Source of the DNA: the human T2T-CHM13v2.0 reference genome, Homo sapiens
Assembly: GCF_009914755.1 (NCBI RefSeq)
Contig: NC_060936.1
Direction: 5' to 3' (one strand)
Length of the DNA: 64,000 nucleotides
The notes under the pieces are model-generated. The model made no database searches. It saw only the letters and a list, made by a program, of their open reading frames with translations, and was not told where the DNA came from. Both the position numbers and the translations under genes were made by a program. Shown in pieces: positions 33,511-46,935 of the stretch; within the stretch, counting starts at the first letter, position 1, and every line of letters begins with the position of its first letter.

Positions 33511-35038
33511 GTCCATCCTTTTTTCCCTTCCTCCCTCCTTCCCTTCCTTTCTTTTTTTCCCTTCTTGTCTTCCTCCCTCACTTTCTTTTATCCAGCCATC
33601 CGTCTGTTCATCAGTCCATCCATCTGTCTATCCATCCCATCCATCCGTCCATCCATCCATCCATCCGTCCATCCATCTTCTAGGTCCTAGGTATAGTAGT
33701 AAAATAGTCAAAGTCCCTTCCCTCAAGGAGCTTACATTTTAGAGATTCAAAGCATTTTCAAATGTATTATTTCATTTGCTTTTTAAAACAAGTATGTGAA
33801 TTTTGAATTTTTTAGTATTTTCATTTGCTAGATGAGGAAACAAAAATATTTTGAGATTAAATGACTTACTTGGGATAATAATGCTATGAATAAAACCCAT
33901 TATTTTTTATTTAGAACTCTTTTATCTATACCACTTTTGTATTCTAAACAAGTTTTTCATTAATGAAACATGTTTTCACACTGTGTTTTTCTCAATACTT
34001 CAATCATAGGTAGCCAAGGGAATTTTAAAGAACATTAAGTGCACTCAACTGAGCTGCTTTAACCTTTCAATATGTTCCCGCTGCTCTTAGAATGAGATTT
34101 GAAATCCAGAACACCACTGCATCATCAGGCCAGTGCTTCCTTCCCAGCTCTGTCTCCGGACCCCGTCCCTCGTATTGCCTGTCTTCTGCAAATGCTAGCC
34201 TTCTTTCCTGACCTCAGAGGTATTGTGTTCTTTCCAGCTTCAGCCCTTTGTATGCACTGTTCCCTCAGCTTGGAATCCTCTTCTCTGTTTCCCTCCTTGT
34301 CCGTCTTCCCCCTATCTTCACCAAGCTAATCCCACTCAACTCACAGATCTCAGCTTTCATGCCACTTCCTAGGGGAGGCCTTCCTCATCCCCCTGCCAAG
34401 GTTAGGTCCCTGTACCATATGTGCTTTCTCATAGCACCCTGTGATTTTCCTTAATGACTCACCTATCACAATCCAGGATTTTGTTGACTGTCTGCCTCCC
34501 CTTCCTGTAAAGGTTAGAGGGTAAGCTCCATGGGGGCAGAACACTAGTTATGTCATTTTCACCGCTGTTTCCCTGGCTAGCACTGGGCCTCCTGTAGGCC
34601 CTCCAAAATATGCAAATAAATGAATGAACAAACACCCTGGCAGCATGGAAACCCAGAGCGGCACAAGCGAGTTCAAATGCTTATGGTTTGTTCCATCTCA
34701 CTTCCCTCTAGGATGTGATTTTAGCAGTGTAGGCAGCTTACGAAATGGGGCAGGTTTCTTGTGTTTTACTAATGTGTAAATAAAGATAGAGTAACTCTTA
34801 AGATATGGAAAGTTTGTAAAGTGGCAGCAAAAAGTGACAAGGTGTGGGGATCCAAATACAGAGCCTAGGGAAAATAGAATAAACCAAGTTGTTTTTATGT
34901 CTCTTTTCCATTAGACTGTGAGCAAGCTGAAGTCGAGTCCCAGAACTTATTTATGTTTATATCCTCAAAGAGACTATAGTGCCTGGTTCATCGTAGCTGT
35001 GGAATAAATGTTGAATGAATGAATGATACACCTCTTAC

Positions 35039-35068
35039 CTTTGAAGCTGACTTCTTGTGTTCTTCATG
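35039..35068 (-). pseudogene. Pseudo-exon, 30 nt (HEEHKKSASK)
   Basis: cttttcctatttctaatgtcag | ... aag | gtaaga; open, phase 0-0. Confidence 0.65.
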
Positions 35069-37172
35069 CTGACATTAGAAATAGGAAAAGTCAGTCGAGT
35101 ACAGTAGTTCAAGCCTGTAATCCCAGCACTTTGGGAGACCAAGGCGAGAAGATCGCTTGAAGCCAAGAGTTTGAGCCCAGCCTGGGTGACAAAGTGAGAC
35201 CCCATCTCTACAAAAAGAAAGAAAAGAAAGAAATTGGAACCGTATTATTTGTAGAAAAAATACTAGATCTAGAACCAGAGACACCTAGGTTAAAACTGAT
35301 TTAAAATGAGAATAATTATTCCTACCAAGTGGAGTTGTTGGGAGGGTGGTATACATATAGATGGTGTATATAAAGTGCATAGCAAGCTGGTTGTGGTGGC
35401 TCAGGCCTGTATTTCCATCTAGTAGGAGGCCGAGGTGGGATGATCCCTTGAACCCTGGAGGCGGAGGTTGCAGTGAGCTGAGATCACGCCACTGCACTCC
35501 AGCCTGGGCAATAGAGGGAGACTCTGTCTCAAAAAGAAGTGCATAGCAAGCACCAGGCACATCTAACAGCTCCTCAGAACATTTAAGCTCCCCTTTTTTT
35601 GCTTCTTTCCCTTTGGTATAATTTTAGAAAGACTTTTGGGGAGCATGACATATAAATCATTAAAAAAGAGAGAGCCTCAAAGCAGAATCATGGCAATTGA
35701 GCTAGATTTGTATTTATCAAAGCAAGCATGATGCTGGGATGCTTAAATAACAGTACAGTACATTGCAAAGGAACTAGGGAATAATGTTCCTATTATTTTT
35801 GTCCATGGTCAGCCTATTACTAGAAAAGAGTGACCACATTGATTTCTAAAGTCCTTATATTCAAAACTTTCTGTGCTGACCACCATCATTTATGTTTTTC
35901 CCATCTCTACTTAAAAACGTCAACTAGCCCCAACTTTTCCTCTAGTTATTTCTTTTATTAGATTTATTCTGTTCTCCACAATAAAATCTATCTTCTGTTC
36001 CCATCCATGACAATTCAAGTAGTTATAATGGGTGGATATAGGGTATGATAAATGTTGGTAAATCCACTGAGTTCCTTGAGTTCCACATTGATGTCTTTTA
36101 GGATGTGACTAGGGGTAGGCTAAATATTTTCTAGTTTCTCAGATCCTACCCCTGGTCTAATTATGATATAGAGGCCAGATTAGTGTCACCAGTTTTTCTT
36201 TCTCTTCTGAATGTAGAGCAAGAGCAAATGATTGCAGATAACAGCATGAGAAACTTAGGATCAACCACCAGCATCTAAGTGAGTCTTGTACTAGGCTCAT
36301 TCCAGTTAAAAGCTGTAAATCATTTCATAGCCACATCAGTTTAGTTCTCTTTTATAGAACTCATTATGTGATACAAAATATGCAAGGCACTGGAGATACA
36401 AATACAATTATTTCCTCAAGGAACTTTGAGTTGAGCAAACATGGTACTGTCTGGTGAGACCAGACATATGAGCAAACATAGTACTTCTCTGGTGAGACCA
36501 CATAGAGAAATGTACAAGGGGTAGAGGAGGCAGTGATGACTACTGGTCTGGGATAGTTGAGGGAAGGTGGCATAGGCTGCCTATTGAAGAATAAATTAGA
36601 GTTTGCTATGTGAACAAGGTTGCAGAGGGAATAGTATATGGAAAAACAGGGAGATGTGGACCCAAATATTTTGTGCAGAGATGTCCAAGTACTTAGATAT
36701 TACTATATTGCAAGTATGAAGAAAGCTTTTTTTGAGATCTGACAATGCCAAGGTAGGTTATGGACTCTCTTTGGAGTCCCCAAAATAAAAATAAAACATT
36801 CACATCTGCTAAAGATAGCTTGAATGGTATTTTTGCTAAAGGCAGAGTCATATACTGTATGTGCCAGATAAAAGTCAATGTCTATTATGTAAACATTGAG
36901 ATTACATTAATTAATTTAAAAGAAAGGATTCAAACTTAGTACTAATCTGCATCTGGAGAACTAATCTGGTATGTGTTATTTTCAAGTCACCCAACTAAAG
37001 CAGTCTGTGGTATGGAACTCTGCTCCCTCTTAGTCAAACAAATGCAACCATAAAAAGCAGTGCAAATTCAGTGTCACCTTTTCTCCATGGGATTGGGTGG
37101 TTTCTTTTGGAGCAGAGAGAGTTTCCAGAGAATCAATATAGTAGCCAGAAGAAAAGTGGAGGGTGGCCTTAC

Positions 37173-37295
37173 CTTGTCCACTCCGTGCTGCCTGAGGGTG
37201 AAATGGAACCTCGGATGTTGTACACCTTTAAATTGTCCATGTTGCCTGTTTCATAGCCTTCCCGGGCCAGGGAGCTGTGTAGTCAGTTTATAGTT
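37173..37295 (-). pseudogene. Pseudo-exon, 123 nt, phase 2-2 (TIN*LHSSLAREGYETGNMDNLKVYNIRGSISPSGSTEWT)
   Basis: ctctggttcttag acceptor, aag|gtaagg donor. Confidence 0.65.
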
Positions 37296-37837
37296 CTAAG
37301 AACCAGAGCAGGACTGCTGTGCTTGTAATTGCATGCTTTTTATGGAACAGGCAATGTTGTTTAGGGAATTTGGGCAGCTGGAACCTGCCACATTAGCAAT
37401 TTGGACTGAGGAAGAATTTCAGGGTGATAAAATAAAGCTCATTATATAAATTCACTTGGGTATTTAGGAGGCTGAGAAGGGAGAGGATGAGAGTATTCCA
37501 AAGGCAAGCAGGAGAGTTTCATAAACAGGTCCCTTTCTATTCGTTTTTACTGTAAGTGTTGAATTGAGCTAGGAGGATCACATGGCCCATTTTGCAAAGG
37601 GCAGTCATGTTCTGCTGTTTCTTAGCTGTTTTGTCAGTTGGAACAAAACAACAGCGCTGCTCATTTTTTGCAGGGTTAGAGGAAAAAGGAAGGACTGGCC
37701 GAAGAATGGGGTGGGGAGCTGGAGAAGAGAAGGGCCAAAAGTGTCAGACTGTGGGGATGAGGACCTGAAGGAGGCCCATGAGACCTCAGGCATGGGCCCT
37801 GGAACTCTGCCTTTTTGAAGCCTGTTGACAATCTCAC

Positions 37838-38002
37838 CCTAATTTAACCCTTTGTGGAATTCTTCCATGAGATGCAGTTGCCATCATCAGGCTTCCTAGA
37901 GAATTGAGCCTGCCCACTCTGTTATGAAGTCTACCCAGAAGAGCTGGCAGAGTAGGCCCCTTCACTGGGACTGCAGCAACACTGACCAAAGCAAATCCTT
38001 CT
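37838..38002 (-). pseudogene. Pseudo-exon, 165 nt, open, phase 2-2 (EGFALVSVAAVPVKGPTLPALLGRLHNRVGRLNSLGSLMMATASHGRIPQRVKL)
   Basis: tttgtttcttccaag acceptor, agg|gtgaga donor; matches ORF 37834-38022. Confidence 0.65.
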
Positions 38003-38264
38003 CTTGGAAGAAACAAACTCATTCCTCACACCTGCCTCACCCCGCTCCCACCGCCACCCCCTGCACCACACGCCAGCCCTTAATAAAAACTAAAACTGAT
38101 GTCATTGTAACCTTTGGTTATTCTTTTTTGTGCGTAAAGTGTCAACCTCCTGTTTTATTCTCATAAATAATGGAAATCTTAACTTCATTTCAGAAAATCA
38201 CAAAAGATAACAGGGACCCTATTCAAACAGAATAAAAATAATTAGTAAGTCACAAACTCTGACT

Positions 38265-38365
38265 AGAAAGAAAAAGAGAAGAGAGAGAGGGAAGGAGAAA
38301 GAAAGAAGGAAAGAGGGAGAGAGAGAAACGAGGAAAGGAAGGAAGGAAGAAAGTGAAAGAAGAAA
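38265..38365 (+). repeat. GA-rich low-complexity tract
   Basis: agaaagaaaaagagaagagagagagggaagg... Confidence 0.85.
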
Positions 38366-38585
38366 GTCCTCTTGTTGGTGTTAAAATGTGTCTTTAAGGG
38401 GAAACTTATCATTTAGGTTACTAATGGTTTCTTTCTTCATCATTTTAATTTCCATTAATAAAATGTGACTTTGAAAGGATGCAGGGAGTTTGGGAATAGA
38501 GAGTTTTATTTTTATTTGTTTATTTTTTTTCCCCTTCTCCCAGCAAAATACACAGGTATCTGACTATGTAGAGACACGAAGCCAC

Positions 38586-38736
38586 CTATCCTGACCAAAC
38601 TTGGCAGTGGTCAGGGGATAGGAGGAAGTGTAGTGCCATGGGATGGGCACCAGCCCTGATGAACTCGACTTTCTTTCCATTTCTCTCCTGCATCCAAATG
38701 TTGAGGAGACTTTGAGTAGTAGTGTAGCCTCTTTTC
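38586..38736 (-). pseudogene. Pseudo-exon, open, phase 1-2 (KEATLLLKVSSTFGCRREMERKSSSSGLVPIPWHYTSSYPLTTAKFGQD); 5' boundary uncertain
   Basis: tag|gtggct donor; frame joins exon 37838-38002. Confidence 0.55.
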
Positions 38737-39902
38737 CTTTTAAAAATCTGCACCCTGCTTATTTCCAATACAGATATGAGGTTGGTACCCACTAATCTTA
38801 ACAGGATATATATATATATCTAAAGTATATAACATATTATTTAAAAACTAATGTATTATTTAGGTTTTATTAAATTATCCTGTTTTTAGGCTATGCTGAT
38901 GGGCTAAATTTGCCTAAACTCCTGAGATTTAGATTCTCATTTATTGGCATTAGAGGAGTTCCTAAAAAAAAAAAGCTGTTAAGATTAAATATCATAAAAA
39001 TCTTTCTAGGAAAATATAATCAAAAGCATCAAGGCTGTCTCCTACAGTTAGTGGTTTCTATTATTTTGGTTCTCAGAGCTATGACAATGTCACTGGATTT
39101 CAAGAATTCAGAAAGACAAAAAGAAAACTCATAATTTTGAAATGGGGAAAGGGAAAGATCTTGGACATAGTCTTCTGTTTTTAAAATAGTCATTCTCATT
39201 TTAAAATAGGAAAAAAATTATTTTTCATTTAACAAAGCAAAAAACCCAGTCTGTACTTTTAAATTAATGCAAACATCAATATTTTATAGGGAGAACATTA
39301 ATAATCATTGTGGAGCCCATTAATCACAATTCTGCTTTTGATTTATTGTAAATATGCCTCCCATTTTCCTCCTCATTACCAATCACCTTCTTTAATTATA
39401 AGAGGGCTTTCATTAAAACTTTTGAATCATTTATTTTGGAGCACCTAACTTTAGAAGACATTTATTGATTTTTATAGCATAAAATACAAATGTTTTTATT
39501 TTAGAAAACATCATAAACTAAAACTTTATTGGAGGAGTTTGGCTAAAGATTCAAAAATATATAGAAGTAAAAATATATTTAAAACTGCACAGTTTTTACA
39601 ACAGCATGTATGGCATTTGGATTCAGAATTTTAACTAGCAGTAACCTCATCTGTTTAGTAATGAATTTTAAAATAGAAAAAAAATCTGCCAAAACAGACC
39701 AGTTGTTTATTAGCTATTTAACTTTGATGAGCTGAAATGAGATAGTGAAGCAGAATAATTAGAACAACTTTTTTTCTCAACATCTAAATATTTCTCTTTT
39801 TCATTAACATTTCAGTTAAGTTTGAAGAAATTCCAAAAATGAGATTCTCATTAACTAAAAGGAATTCTAAGGGTTATAAGCCATCTACATTTTTTCTATG
39901 AC

Positions 39903-39953
39903 CTGAAGACTTTTTTTCGAAAACCAATTTTGGGGGAGGATTGTCAGATTTAC
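39903..39953 (-). pseudogene. Possible pseudo-exon, 51 nt, phase 1-1 (KSDNPPPKLVFEKKSS)
   Basis: Open and phase-compatible, but A-rich acceptor and weak donor gtcata. Confidence 0.35.
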
Positions 39954-40335
39954 CTAAGGTTTTGGTTTTTAATTTAAAAAAATTTAAAGAAACTATCTTA
40001 GTGATTTTTGTCATCATTTTTATTTGTTGCCATGATTAATATATGGAAATAAGATAAATTGGATTCTATTTCTGTGAAAGCCATATTCTTAACATCAATG
40101 CCTACCTAAAAAATATACGAGTCACACTTGATCATTCAGAATCATTTTGAAATTCTCTGGTAATCTTTTAAAAAGCCAGCGTTGACTAGTATTATGTGGC
40201 TAGTTATATTTATTACAGCAGTCTAGTTATTGTTTGTGTAACTATAGTTTTTTTCTAATAGAAATAAAATGTCTATTTGCAGGATAAAAAGAAGTATGTA
40301 TATTTGATGATTTTGTTGTAGAAAATACTTAATAC

Positions 40336-40490
40336 CTTTTAAAAGCTGTTTGACTTTCGGTTTTAAAACAGCTGTGTAGCTTGGTGAGTCCTGCAGATTC
40401 CGGCTTTCTCTGTGGCCTTTGAGCCAAGTAATTTTTTGCAACATTTTCCTTTGCTTTCTTATAAACACTCAAAAATTATACTTGCTTTTC
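40336..40490 (-). pseudogene. Pseudo-exon, 155 nt, phase 2-1 (KSKYNF*VFIRKQRKMLQKITWLKGHRESRNLQDSPSYTAVLKPKVKQLLK)
   Basis: ctaac branch-like motif, ggccttcag acceptor, aag|gtatta donor. Confidence 0.6.
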
Positions 40491-41749
40491 CTGAAGGCCA
40501 GCTATTAAGTTAGAAAGCACCAAAGGTGTTATGAAATTGCCCTTTATTTTTTCGTACATCAGGGAGGAATGATAGATTTTGTGTATCTCTTGTGTGTCAT
40601 TAGAACAGAAATATTTAGGGCTGCTAACTCCCGGAGTTGTGTACTTACCCTTATTACAGATGCAATGATTTTGTCTGACTGCATTGCTTTAAGATGAGTT
40701 TTATTGCTTTCATGCTTAGGCAAGGATATTTAATTTTATTTGTGTTTAGAGTATCTTGTTGTAATATACTTCTCCCCCATCTTGTGCTCCTAAATTTGGG
40801 ATAAGCATAGAATCCTTTTAAGAATGTAGGTTATTTTCCAGTTTACTAGAAAGCATGACACATATAAATTAGCGACTAAGGATTATAGCGTCCTTTCCTA
40901 AAGGTTATCATGAAAAAAAGTTAAAATGTCAAAGAAGATCCTACTCCAGTAAAAACAATTTACTCTGTAAAATCCTGATACCTCATAGGAAGCTTTGGAT
41001 CTTGTTCTCAGCTACCAAAATTCTTTAAATATGAAAGTTAACATGACAGGAAAGTGGAATACACTCTGTGCTGAAGACCCACTGTTCAAGGTGTGTGGTT
41101 ATTAATCTGGGTTTGAATTTACAAATTATATGGTCTGATTAATTTGTAGATAGGGGTCGGTGGAGGTTAGACGATGGGCTTTAGAACAAAGAGGCTGATA
41201 AAATACTACTCACAAGCCTTTCTGCTTGTTTGTGACTCTCTGGAAATGCCATTAGATAGTTCTCATAGCTATGGTCAAAATAAGTAGGCTTAGAAATAAA
41301 AGACATTTTCTCCCCTGTAAAAGGAGGCGGCTGGCCTGTGCTCTTTCTAGGCTCTTCCCAGAGACAGCAACCTCGGCTTCTGAACCCTTAGTGCTCATTC
41401 TATGCTCCACCGCGTCTCCTCTACACGCCATGATCTTTGTTATCTGATTTGCTAGCCATTGTTATGGAAAGTTCTCGACTGTAATGCAAAAAGCTCAGCC
41501 TTGGGTCCTTGCTAATGTCAGCAACCCAAAGGCGCCCCTCAAACCACCTCGAAAAGAAAAATCCTTTAAAAGATGTCAAACTCTCCTTTCATGTTAGCCC
41601 AAAATGAAGTTCCCGAGCAGCATCTGGCAGAGCAGGGTAATTCAATCTATTTTAATGCAAAGATTTTCCAAGAAGGCAGGAAGCCGTCAAGGAGAAGGCT
41701 TTCAGGCATCTGCTGTTTTGTTTCCAGATCCCTTGTGTTAATTTAATGT

Positions 41750-42400
41750 TTCTAGGGAACCCGGCTCTTTCTTTTTTCTCGGAATCCCTGCTCTAGGAAC
41801 TGGTGAGTGCGGGGGCGCTGTGGGAGCTGCAGATAAGCCAGCGCTTGGCCGGGCACCCGCGGGCCGCGCAGCGGGGCAGGGAGGCGCGCGGCCCCAGCCG
41901 CCCTAGGGCGCCGGCTGCCTCTGCGGGCCCCGGCTGCCCAGCCCAGCGCGGGGAGGCGGCGCCGACTGCCGGGGGGCGCCTGCAAGACCTGTTTATTTGC
42001 ATTTGTCCAATTTGGCTCAAGTGAAAGGTAAATACGGAGCGATCAGCTTGTCCTCACTCCAGCAAAACCAGGGAAACTCAGCTCCATCTCCAGGAAACAA
42101 ACCCAACCCAAACCTGAGTGAAACGTAAATCTTGCATAAACAAACACGTTCTTTTGCTTCTGGGAAGGAACACCGGAGAAATGGGCATTCCTTCCGACTG
42201 CCCGCCTCCCACTGTCGGTAAAAATGAGCCGTCACAGGTTGCCGGCAATTTCTTGTTGTGTCCCGAGCCATTCCGCGGATCTTGTTTTGAAGGGGCGAGT
42301 CAGGTGTTTGTGCGGCTCCAGATCCTGAACAGGTTATGCGCTGGGTCCTTCCTTATCAGGAGGGGGGTCAGGCTGCCCTCCCATTCTCATCTTCCGCCCC
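41750..42400 (+). promoter_or_regulatory. CpG island / probable alternative promoter with candidate first exon ending at donor 42027|42028
   Basis: Very GC- and CpG-rich core 41810-41980 (non-Alu); AAG|GTAAAT donor; GATA 41831, forkhead-like TGTTTAT 41990, octamer ATTTGCAT 41995-42002, CCAAT 42007. Confidence 0.8.
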
Positions 42401-42723
42401 AGACCAGAGGCTACACCAAAGTTCACTTTTGAAAAGAAATCCTGCAGAATTAAAAATAAATGTCTGCCCTTTAAAATAGTTTCGTTTTAGTATTATGCAT
42501 ATTTCTGTTTAGGAACTTGTAATGCTAATAATTTATGTTGCTATGACAATTGTCCTGCATACCTAATATTAAATTTAATGAATTAATGTGGCGTATAGAG
42601 TAATAGTAACTTAACTAGTACTCCGATAATGCCAGTATTCCCTGTGTTACTAAGTTAATGGAATCAGAATTTTGGAGTTACAATATAGAGGTTTTTTAGG
42701 CCAATTTTTCTATGGGATTCTAG

Positions 42724-43022
<299 letters not shown>

Positions 43023-43505
43023 ATAGAACATTATTCCTTATAGTAAGCTGAATTCCCTGTGTAATTATTCTTACTGTCCCTTCAATAATAAAAGCCTAAA
43101 ATTATTCTTACTCATATATTTTAGTGAGGGTGGTGCATGCTTGAAGACCGTGATGAGTGTTCTCTTCTTATATTCAGGGCAACTATGATCACATATTGGG
43201 CTCCAGATCCTTGCTTTATGCATCTTCTTTTGAATTGTTTAGAAACAATGGCAAAATTTCCAATTTCAAGGTAGTGCTTGAAATTATGCAATAAAATGTT
43301 ATGTTAGCAACATTTTTTTTTATTTTAAAAATTCCTTTGATTATTTCACACTTATATCCTGTTCTCTGTTATGGTAGTTTTGTTTTCTATTTTATTTTTA
43401 GTTTCTATGTAATTTATTGTGCTTTAGCTGAAATCACTAAATAAAGATAAATGAGTTTAACAGACTCTTATGTGCTCATTTTTGGTTCTTTTTTGCTTTA
43501 CCCCT

Positions 43506-44095
43506 TGTATTCGTTTTCTATTACGGGCATAACAGATTACCACAAATGTAGTGGCTTACCATATCCATTTATTTTCTCATCATTTCTGTGGGTCAGAAGC
43601 TTGGCACAGGATGGCTCTCCTGGCTTCTGTGCCCAGGGCCTTCACAAGGCTGAAGTAAAGGGAGCAGCAGGCCTGGACTTGTACCTGTAGGCCTTCCAGG
43701 GGAGAATCCACTTCCAGGCTCACTGGCAGAATTTAGTTCCATGTGGTAGTTGTACTGGGGGCCCAGTTGCCTTTCTTGGAGAGCACTAACTGCTGGCTGT
43801 TACCAAGGGTCTTCTAGAGGTTGCCCATCTACATCTTCAAAGGCAGCCACAGTGTGCAGAATTTGCTTTAGATTTCCCTGCCTTCCCCTAATGTGTTTCT
43901 CTTCTACTTTTAAAGGGCATGTGATTACAGTGGCCCAACTGGATAATCCAGGCTAATCTCGCTAGTCAACTTATTAGTAACCTTAATCACACTTGCAGTG
44001 TCCCTTCATAGCAGTACCTAGTTAAGTGCATGATTGAATAACTGGGTAATGGGACTTCTCGGGAGAGATCTTTGACATTCTGCTTACCATACCCC
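43506..44095. mobile_element. MLT1D/E-like LTR
   Basis: tgtattcgttttctatt...ataacagattaccacaaatgtagtggctt...ggataatccagg. Confidence 0.75.
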
Positions 44096-45836
44096 TCTGG
44101 GTACCACTTTGTTGTGATGGTAACCTCATAAGCAGCCATTTAAAAGAGATTTTAAGCATCTTAATTTTGAAAATTTTGCAAGGTAAAATTAAAATAAATC
44201 CAAGTAACATCAAATATTACTTATACATAATTCTAGAGGTTTAATAAAAACAATAAACATTCACCATAAGTAGTTGTTGCTTTTAAAACCCAAAGTTTTT
44301 CTACCTTGCAAAATCTTCCTTGATTTTCTTGTTTTGTTTTGGTATCACAATAGATCAGTTTCTAGTACCACCACTATATAAAATAAAAATAATAATTGCA
44401 TTTTAAAAAGAATGGTTTTCCTCTGCACTCTGATTTTAACCATGGAAAGTTTTTGGTATATTCAAATATAATTCTATTAGATTCCAATTTTGAATAAGAA
44501 ACTGGGTTCCCTGACCTAGCTGCCACTTACTCATATCTAAAATGTACTTGAATTTGCAGCTTCCAAGTTGGGCACATGTAAACCCCCTCTTCACTTCTTA
44601 TAGAGCTGCATAATTCTTAAAGCTTGTGGTGACGGGAGGGCACACTTGCTTATACGTCCAAATTTACTGTTTATGGATCTCGATTACTGTTTTCTACTTA
44701 AATTCTAATTTTTCTCATTCATTAATTTTAACTGGACAACTATTCAGAAGTATGAATTACATATGGGCAAATTCTAGTGCTTTGAAATTACTGGAAAAAA
44801 AATAAATGGATGATCAACAGATGCAAGGAACAGAAAATGTTTGGCTTTTAGGGGAGTTTTATGAATACTCTTTTGGACTTCCCCACTTCCTTTTAGTAAC
44901 TCCAATGTCTTCCAGTAACTCTAGCAAGGAGGAGGCCCAGGGAGAGAAATGGGGATCTCACAGTCTCATACTAGGAAGCTGTGCTATGGGGAAGTGACTG
45001 GTGGTCTGGAGATGTGAGGTAGAGGCATAGGCAGCAGGTATGTTGACACTTGAAACCAGTACCTCCTCAGCCCTTGCGGGAAATGTGATAATCCAATCTT
45101 AGCCATATATCTCAGGTGACTCTATATCTGAAACGTGCAATGTAGGTAAGGTACTTCTGTTGTTTCTCCTAATTTGTGACTATTTTCATATAATGAATGA
45201 TGGTCGTGGGCATTTTGGTATAGAAGGTTTTAATTATGGCTCAGTATTTGTGTAATTAACCAAGTGGAATGATTTAGAGTTCTGATATTACTGAAGTCTT
45301 TACAGCTGGAAGTCAATGGATCCATGCCAGTACATTATTAAGTATACAATTACTTATTTGCCTATTTATCCCTTCTCCACCTTATTACAAAAAGATATTG
45401 AGGAAACTTACACACATACACACACTATTACCACCACCACCTAAAATGAATAGATGAAATTAAGGTAAAGGGAAAATAAGGCTAGGAGAAAAATAACCAT
45501 GCTAGGATGAATAGGGTTAGGGCAAAGAACATGTAATATAAAATTCTATATGGGGCTAGAGCTAGGCTGTAAATTTGGCTCTGGATTTTCTAGCAGCCAA
45601 AACAAAAAGAGAGAAAATTAATGAGCTACAGGATTCACCATATTCATAAAATGATTAAAGAAGATTGGGATTTTCCCTTGAACCCATCTTGTTTGAAGTG
45701 GGGGCATTTGATGCTTTCTTTCTGCTAGAAAGGTTAACTCTGAGTTGCAATAAAAATCATAAAAACACAACTTTGGCAGAAACATAAATGAACAGTATGA
45801 CAGAATGGAAGCAGTTCACAGGATTTCTAATATTAC

Positions 45837-45966
45837 CTCTCTTTTCCTCGGTCCACATTCTAATATTCCAATATGCTCCTCAGCACACAGAGTGGTCCAA
45901 GAAGATTGGCCATTCTTTCCGGAAGTTGGACTTCCCTGAAGATTATGTGGGAATGGGACGTGGAAC
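45837..45966 (-). pseudogene. Pseudo-exon, 130 nt, phase 1-2 (STSHSHIIFREVQLPERMANLLGPLCVLRSILEY*NVDRGKE)
   Basis: atcag acceptor (weak tract), gag|gtaata donor; frame chosen by phase fit. Confidence 0.55.
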
Positions 45967-46301
45967 CTGATAATTTTTTTTGCAGAATGAAAACTTTTAT
46001 CATGAAGAATTTTTCTTTATTGCATACTTTTATACAGTTAGGCCCCAACCCGGGAATTAGTGGTATTCCAAAAGTTCCTTTTTAAGTTGCTTGTTTGAAA
46101 TTAAGAATGTATTTCCCTCCAAAAATGATGTTGGCTACAATCTAATTTCAGACTTGGGATGAACCCAAGGTTCAAAGAGGTTAAATCTGAATAAATACAG
46201 TTCTACAATTCTGTATTCAAAGCCATTGAGACCAGATTTTGCTGAATTTGGATTTTTTTTTTTTTTTGAAGAAGGAAAGAAGGATAATATTGTGCATGTA
46301 C

Positions 46302-46334
46302 CAGTCATATAGCAGTGTGGTCTGGAGCAGGATC
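46302..46334 (-). pseudogene. Possible pseudo-exon, 33 nt, phase 1-1 (SCSRPHCYMT)
   Basis: ttatag | ... ctg | gtacat; open. Confidence 0.4.
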
Positions 46335-46935
46335 CTATAATCAAGCACATTAATATTTCTGCAGTGAAACTGATGAATATTCACACGCAGTGGATAAATA
46401 AAAACTATAAATAGCCTCATGTCAGTTCAGGTCAGGTTTGTCACCAAATGAATTCAGGCCAAATGAGTTCAGGTCAGGTCAGGTTTTGCTGCCAAATGAA
46501 TTATAAAAAAAAAAGAATGGTTTTCACCACTTTTGGGGTTTCAGATTAGTGGATCTTTATTACACTTTTTTTAAAATAAAAAGGCACTAGTATTATAAAC
46601 TTTAACCACAATGTAATGTTATTTTATGGAAAAACGTATTGAATTCCTATTAAGGAAGCCAATAAGTCATTGCTGTATTGCGGCCCTGTAGCAAAAATGG
46701 AGTGTTTCCATCAGGCTGGAGTCAGAGCAGAAAAGGACCTCCTCTGTAACCCAGGAGAGAGAGGGCTCTTGTCAGGCAGGTACTGGTGATAGTATTGGGA
46801 GACCTAGGGCTGGGAACTGGGGAGGGGCATGAGACAGGGAGACGGGAAAGCAAGGGTGAGTATTATTCTTTTCCTTCTCCCTTATTCATTTCCCTACTTT
46901 TTCTCTTTTTTTCCTTCCTCTTAATTTTTCTTCTT

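Noticed and set aside
41750-42400. Naming the + strand host gene
   Set aside because: No host coding exon was recognisable in the window; any symbol would be a guess.
41752-42432. ORFs across the CpG island
   Set aside because: GC-rich DNA is stop-poor; Ala/Gly/Arg/Pro low-complexity products in several frames on both strands.
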